From: Azolla caroliniana
Taxonomy: Eukaryota > Plantae > Polypodiophyta
DNA length: 8,725 nucleotides
Assembly: GCA_043228905.1 (NCBI GenBank)
Contig: JBHGNT010001421.1
Coordinates: 1-8,725 of the forward strand
Direction: 5' to 3'
This document shows positions 8,008 to 8,725 of the stretch, piece by piece. How positions within the stretch are numbered: the stretch's first letter is position 1; each line of letters begins with the position of its first letter. A program made the position numbers and the translations under genes. The notes below the pieces were generated by a model that had not been told where the DNA came from, did no database searches, and saw only the letters and a program-made list of their open reading frames with translations.

Positions 8008-8725
8008 CATTTGTGTCGGTTGCCATCTGGGTGTTGTTGGCTGTGGCGGTGGCTAAGGGATGGCATTTGCACCAAATGGATGTGCAAAACATGTTCCTAC
8101 AAGGAGAGCTTAAGGAACAAGTGTACATGGTGCAGACTCTTGAATTTCAGTCTGGATTGAACACATCGTCCGTCTGCCGACTGAAGAAGTCCCGTTATGG
8201 GCTAAAGCAAGCCTTGCATGCTTGGAACGTGAAGATCATGCAGGGATTAGGTCGGATGGGCTTTACTCCGTTGAAGTTGGACTCATCATTGTTCATTCGG
8301 CAGTCGGAACGGGCCGTTAAGCATACTGTTATATGTGGATGACTTGGTCATCGCCGACACCAACCTGGAAGAAATCAGCCGCATGAAGTCCTAGCTTGTC
8401 GCATCATTGAAAATAAAGGATCTGGGGGACCTTCATTACTTCCTTAGGATTGAAGTGATTCGCACCCCATAAGGCATACTGATAAGCCAAAGGCATTATG
8501 CGTCAAGTATGCTCTTCAAGTTCGGAATGACGGATTGCAAATCCATCGCGACTACTCTTGACAAGAATGTCAAGCTTCGCCCCGAATCAGGAACAGTGTG
8601 TGACCAGACATGGTTCCGACAGATAGTCGGAAGACTAATATACTTGACCATCACCCAACCGGACCTCAGTTATCCGGTCAACCTAATTAGTCAGTTCATG
8701 TTGCAACTGACCATCAACCACCTTC
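8007..8725 (+). pseudogene. Ty1/copia LTR-retrotransposon reverse transcriptase (RVT_2) pseudogene fragment, continues past the window end
   Basis: Frame 1: TFVSVA-IWVLLAVAVAKGWHLHQMDVQNMFLQGELKEQVYMVQ...VCRLKKSRYGLKQALHAW...DSSLFIR. A frameshift near 8301 leads to ILLYVDDLVIA (YVDD at 8332-8343)...KDLGDLHYFLRIEV...ISQRHY...FGMTDCKSIAT...FRQIVGRLIYLTITQPDLSYPV. In-frame stops are TAG 8392-8394 and TAA 8470-8472. Confidence 0.97.

Overview
AT-rich, repeat-dense eukaryotic intergenic DNA, most likely from a land plant. The evidence for this is a Ty1/copia RT, an Ac/Ds-like hAT element, (CT)n tracts and telo-boxes; the species cannot be assigned from sequence alone. No intact host gene is recognisable, and most ORFs in the track are artefacts of TTG/GTG starts or of repeats. 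Best-supported elements: (1) a complete 1106-bp non-autonomous hAT (Ds-like) element at 1490-2595 with TIRs, a near-perfect 8-bp TSD, AAACGG-type subterminal motifs, an internal 137-bp tandem duplication and, unusually, two convergent tRNA-geometry A-box/B-box cassettes; (2) the 3' end of a decayed LINE on the minus strand (about 3886-4560) with the ORF2 C-terminal zinc knuckle and a (TATG)n tail; (3) LTR-like fragments at about 4562-5212 and 7502-8007; (4) a 21-bp minisatellite and an unassigned 116-codon exon-like ORF; (5) a Ty1/copia RT pseudogene from about 8007 to the window end. I see no convincing novel multi-gene system. The hAT element carrying paired Pol III-like cassettes is the most unusual item. 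Regions 1-1480 and 2604-3880 remain unexplained.
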